From NCBI GenBank assembly GCA_964019335.1, contig OZ025673.1, forward strand, positions 1 through 64,000: a stretch of 64,000 nt of DNA. Reading direction: 5' to 3'. The DNA comes from Diplonema japonicum. Taxonomy: Eukaryota; Protista; Euglenozoa: Diplonemea. Made by a program: the position numbers and the translations under genes. The notes beneath the pieces were generated by a model that ran no database searches, was not told where the DNA came from, and saw nothing but the letters and a program-made list of their open reading frames with translations. Positions within the stretch are counted from its first letter, which is position 1. Every line of letters begins with the position of its first letter. Shown piece after piece: positions 59,445-64,000 of this stretch.

Positions 59445-59610
59445 TATGTTGAGATATAACTGTGAAAATGAAAGATTCCGAACAAAACAAAAAATACTAA
59501 CTAATACTTTGAACACATTGCGTGCAGTGGTAGGGCATCATCAGATACATACATCATCGTACTAAACCAGCAGACGCCTTGACTACATTGCATGCAGCAC
59601 ATTTATCGCA

Positions 59611-59943
59611 TCACATCTTGGAGGGGGTGAGAAGGGAGCTCAGCTCGTTGGAGTGCTGGAGGGCGAACGTGTCATCGCAGCCGCCTATGTGCCTGTCTCC
59701 GATGATGACATTGGGAACAGTTCGCTGCCCTGTGAGTTTTTGAAGCTCGCTCTGGATGGCTCCACCGTTCGGAATCTGGTCTATCTCCACCACCGAGTAG
59801 GAAGCAGGCTTTGCCCCTTCGAAGAGCCCCTTTACTCTCGAGCAGTACGGACAGTACGATTTTGAGAATACCAAAACATGCGCCTTGCTGACACTCTCGC
59901 CCAGCTGACCCTTAACAAAGTTTCTCACGGCTGACGCGGCCAT
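59611..59943 (-). CDS. Dithiol glutaredoxin
   Basis: FSKSYCPYC, GQRTVPNV, IGGCDD. Confidence 0.95.
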   Translation of the reverse strand: MAASAVRNFVKGQLGESVSKAHVLVFSKSYCPYCSRVKGLFEGAKPASYSVVEIDQIPNGGAIQSELQKLTGQRTVPNVIIGDRHIGGCDDTFALQHSNELSSLLTPSKM

Positions 59944-60074
59944 CTTATCCTGCGGACCAAACTTGCTTGCGCTATGCAGTGCAGTATAGGAATAATATTC
60001 ACTATGATAGGAACGAAGTGGGTAGCAACGGCCCGCAATAATAAAGACAGCAGCTACATGAAAATGAAGCTTTA

Positions 60075-60934
60075 CTACAAATTAGACACAACGTCTTGGC
60101 GGCCTTCGTAGTTCTTTGGGACAGGGGACGCTGTAGAAGGCGACGAGAACTGCGAACCCATTGACCCTGCCTTGTTGCTGCCTTCTCCGAGGTCGGAGAG
60201 CAACTCTTCGAACCTGTGAGATTTGCAGAGATTTGCGTTTAATGTATTCATACTCATCGAGAGATGGGGACAGAACGATACTGTGCATTCGTTTCTTACT
60301 TTTCCGCTGCTTAGAGGGGGGCGGGGCCTGCGACGAGAGCTGCATCTGTAGTCTGCTAATAACATGGTGGTCAGTCAAACGCTGAGGCTGGCCGTAAGAG
60401 TAAGCAGGGAGCTGTATGGCTGGGTAGTGAGTGTGATCATACCTCACTCTGCGAAGCTGTTCTGATGAGTTCTTCATCCCCTTGCGTGTATATCGTGTTC
60501 AGTGATGCCCGTGACCTGGTGACGCCGGCGGTCAGGGACTGCGAGTTTGATTGTGACTGCGACTGCGAGAGCAACGATGCTTCAACAAGGGTGCGTGATG
60601 CCTCCAACTTAGCTGTGATGCTCTGCAGCCATTGCTTGATCTTCGCGCGACTGCCATCACCCGCATCGCTCCTTCTGCTGTTGTCGTCCTCTTTGTAGGG
60701 AACCGGCAGATTGCGTACACTCCTCTTAAGCACTGCTTCGCGTGTTAAGCTGCCACAACAGAAGCACCCTTTTAGCCTGGCAAACCTTAAAGACCACAAT
60801 TCCTGGCCTTTAGAAGGTTCTTCATCAGATACACCGTCGCTGAAAGTGTCACCTTTTTGGAACCTGTACCTGTCCCACCTGGGGTCATAGTCACCATCGT
60901 TGGATCCTTCCTCGGTATCAGGAAATACCTTCAT
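60075..60934 (-). CDS. Hypothetical low-complexity protein (2 introns)
   Basis: Three ORF fragments joined by GTATG..CAG introns. Confidence 0.6.
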
Positions 60935-61016
60935 ATTGCTGTATGGGTGGGTGGCAGAGGGTGCCTGAGGAAAGGGGGGAGAATAAAACACTTTTCTTGC
61001 TGTTAAAAAGTACTGC

Positions 61017-61455
61017 CTAACAAATACCGCTCTGACTTTGAGTTCTGCAGTTATGCCTGGTCCATGTGGTACCGTTGACGCTGTAAGGCATGTGGTGCTT
61101 GCGGTATGTCATCTCCCACTTCGAAATAAGACGGCGCCACCTGCCTTTGGCACGCCACTCGTAACTGTTGTACTTCCATCGTTGAGTCATTCCGTGTGAT
61201 TTATGAATAAGTGTCTGCGCCCACTCAGGGCCAACCAGTCGGAACCTAGATTCACAAGACCTGTTAACAATGTGCTGCGACTGATGCGCTGCGTACACTG
61301 GTGTGTTTTTCCGATGCACATCTCTCTTATCCCACAACAACGTCTGCGTGCTGCTGAAACTTCGGCACTGGTTTTTTTTTTTTTTTTCTCTTTTATTTCC
61401 CCTATACCTGCTTCCCCACAGAGCCCGTCCATCCTTTAAACGCGGTTCGGAGCAT
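61017..61455 (-). CDS. Small basic protein with a mitochondrial-type presequence (1 intron), possibly mitoribosomal
   Basis: Spliced product MLRTAFKGWTGSVGKQ|CRSFSSTQTLLWDKRD...; rich in Arg, Lys and Trp. Confidence 0.6.
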
Positions 61456-62149
61456 GTTCTCCACCTTGTACTTTTGTGAATTTTCGAGGGGGGAGTTCCC
61501 GCTTCTATTGGGTCATGGTCATAAAAGGAAAAAAAAAAAAAGAGGGAAAACCTACACGGAAAGCTGATCTTATCCTTTTCTTTTATAAAAAACTTCTCAG
61601 GGTGTCTTTTTCTTTTTTGCCGAAATAAAAGTAAAACCTAAAAAGGAAAAAAAAAAAACTATGTCAGATTCTTTTAAACTATTGCAAAAAGGTTAGGATC
61701 TGATTGGGGGGGGGGGGGGGGAAGCAACAATTTTATCGTCTCATATCTCTAAGAGCCGCCAAACAACCCTATTTACCTCAGATTGCTACTAAATAGATTT
61801 CTTTTCTTTATCTCTCTTACCTTCTTGAAGAGAAAAGCTTCCTTCTCCATCGACCTTTGCAAGACGTCTCTGAAAATCCAGTCTTAGAGAATTGGCTTCT
61901 TCTGTGTGAAATCCTAATCCCCCTCCATTACAAAGGAACAAAAAAAAAGGAAAAAAAATAGTTATATTCAGATACTACTGACGGAATTAAATGACCTTTT
62001 CCCCCCTCTTCTTTCTTTTTTCGGATTATACGAGACACGACACTACTATTTGGAGAGAGGTTTTTCTTATGAAGCTGTTTTTCTTTTTTTTTTTTTTTTT
62101 TTTTTGTTTCGTTTCAAAAAAAAAAAAAAACTCGTTAAATTTTCTTCTT

Positions 62150-64000
62150 TTAATCACCGAGCTCTTTGGCGTTCATTTTCTTGTAGAGGAAGTATCCACC
62201 GATCAGAATGATGGGGTTCACGGCACTGACGACAATGAAGCCCCCAACAACCTTGAACAGAGTGGTGAAGATAGGGAGGATGTCTGATGGCTTGGTGGCG
62301 AGTGCTTCTTGGACCATGATCTTGAAGATGCGGGGGGCGAAGATAGCGGTAGCGATTCTGTCCCATACAAAGGTGCCGAAGGTAGACAGAGCGACAAGCC
62401 CGATTGTTTCCCAACGGAAGGCGTCGTCGGGGAAGGCAGCAAAATGCAGCATAGCGTTGAGCTCAGGTGAGAACCCCCATGCGATGTATGCAATCCCAGC
62501 AAAGGTGATGAACAACGACAGGAACAACGCGTGGTTCTCGCTCAGTCCCTTCATCCACGGCCGTCCTTTGTAGTTCACAAACAGCACTGCAACGATCTGC
62601 GCGGTCTCCACAAGGAATACCACTGTGTTCAGCAGGTTGGGTTTGAACGGAGTCGACCAGAACGTGTTCGTGAAGAAAGCAAGCGGGTCGTCCGGGTCCG
62701 CCTCCTCCTCCACCTCATTCAGCCTTGCCTTCCTGTGGAACTCCACAACCGCCGCCAGCTCCTCAGTTCCCATGAAGTCTGTCGCCATGGTCACCGCTCT
62801 GTACATGCACCCAATGTGAATCAGCGCCTGCCCTGCCATCGACATAAAGATCGCAGGATGGAAAAGAGACCTCAAAGGCCTCTCGGGGTGCATACGGTCC
62901 ACAGGTGTGGCGTACGAGAACGACAGCGTCGCAATAGATAGCAGCCATCCAGAGGCCATCATCTGCCTCTCGGACTGTCTGGCTCCTTCTAAGCTGAGTG
63001 CAGACAGAGTGAAGGCTTGAATGAGAGACTCGAGCATCATGATCTGCTGCTGTTGCAGTGCACTGAGCAGTGTGCACCTTCCCTGTCTGATAAGGTCGAC
63101 AGTCGATTTGATGGTTGGCAGTCTGGATGTGAAGGAGGCAGCCACCGACGCGTCACCTGGTCGGATCATCAAGCTGTCCATTTCAGCACTCCCCAGCACG
63201 TCATCCATTGTCGGGGCGTAAACGTTCCCCACCTTGCTCACCTCTCGTTCCTCCTGCTTCATCTCCTCCTGGAAGCGCTTCAACACAACCTTCATGGCGG
63301 CCATTTGACCAAACACACCAGTGTCCTCGCCCCTCCTCTCTCTTGCAGCAACCTCCTCCTCCAACCACTGTTTCTGCTTTTGCGACAGCTATTATGGATG
63401 GGTTTGGAAAAGTACTAAAGTATACCTCTTGCTGTTTCTGCTTCATCAGCTCACGCTTCTCTGCCGTTGCCTTTGCGGCCTTGGTGTCCATCTCCTTCTG
63501 GTGCTTATTGAGGGCCACCTCGGCAGGCACGTCGTCCTCGGTCTTGTCAGCTTCATCACCAGTGTTTGCATTGCCTGCAGTGATGTACATCTCTCACACT
63601 GCATACCGTAGCCAGACAAAAGCGCCAAACCCACATCTGCCTGCTTCAAGGCACCGACATCGTTGCTGCCATCGCCACACATGAGAACATGGGCCGACTG
63701 GTGCTCTTGCAGAGATCGGATGACCTGAGTGAACTGTGCCACGAGCGTAAAGCATACCTTAGCCTTTCCGTTAGGGCTCATTCGAGCAAAGACGCGGAAG
63801 TACGAGCAGACCTTCCAAAGCTCGTCGCCAAGTACCTCGGCCGCCTGCATCAGGTTGTCCTCAGTGGTAAGCAGGTCACCTCGCTTGTTGAGCTCCTCCA
63901 GCTTATCGAAGTTAAAGGGAACTTTCTCTTTGTCGTCACCTGTAGTGCTTGTTACTATATTTCATAGCATACCTGTAGCTTGCACCCACTCGACAGCATT
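62150..64000 (-). CDS. ATP13A1: P5A-type ATPase (Spf1/ATP13A1), 3' part; continues beyond the window
   Basis: VFARMSP, LMCGDGSNDVGALKQADVGLAL, GDASVAASFTS, IRQGRCTL, VNYKGRPW. Confidence 0.95.

Noticed and set aside
9825-63967. Numerous plus-strand ORFs
   Set aside because: They are antisense shadows of minus-strand genes or homopolymer-derived, with no recognisable motifs.
8509-64000. Stop-codon reassignment or programmed frameshifts as the cause of fragmented ORFs
   Set aside because: Breaks checked in conserved genes are resolved by a canonical short GT-AG intron.
1-64000. Spliced-leader RNA gene or rRNA
   Set aside because: No SL exon motif (CAGTTTCTGTAC) or rRNA signature was seen on either strand by eye.

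Overview
Eukaryotic nuclear DNA, most consistent with a euglenozoan, probably a diplonemid. This assignment is an inference from the UBL-LRR family protein, the TM/cyclase-like/MEKK kinase, and a fully co-directional gene array that carries spliceosomal introns. From about 4.9 kb to 64 kb there are roughly 35 mostly housekeeping genes, all on the minus strand. Many are separated by fewer than 100 nt, have a CAG acceptor a few nt before the ATG, and contain about 50 very small (about 30-50 nt) GTATG/GTGTG...YAG introns, which explains why the ORF track is fragmented. The first 4.9 kb is a rearranged mobile-element zone. It starts with a (GGGTTTGC)n array that cuts through a minus-strand ORF missing from the ORF track; that ORF encodes hydrophobic segments, a C2H2 zinc finger and an OTU protease domain. 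Upstream of it lie an Arg-rich ORF, a tandem array of hairpins and an AlkB 2OG-Fe(II) dioxygenase domain. A 906-bp duplication fused the AlkB domain in frame to a host ubiquitin-like/LRR gene, and a LINE 3' remnant follows. The AlkB + hairpin array + zinc finger + OTU unit is the best candidate for an undescribed system, probably a non-LTR retroelement, but no reverse transcriptase is visible in this window. All calls come from manual motif recognition; no searches were run.
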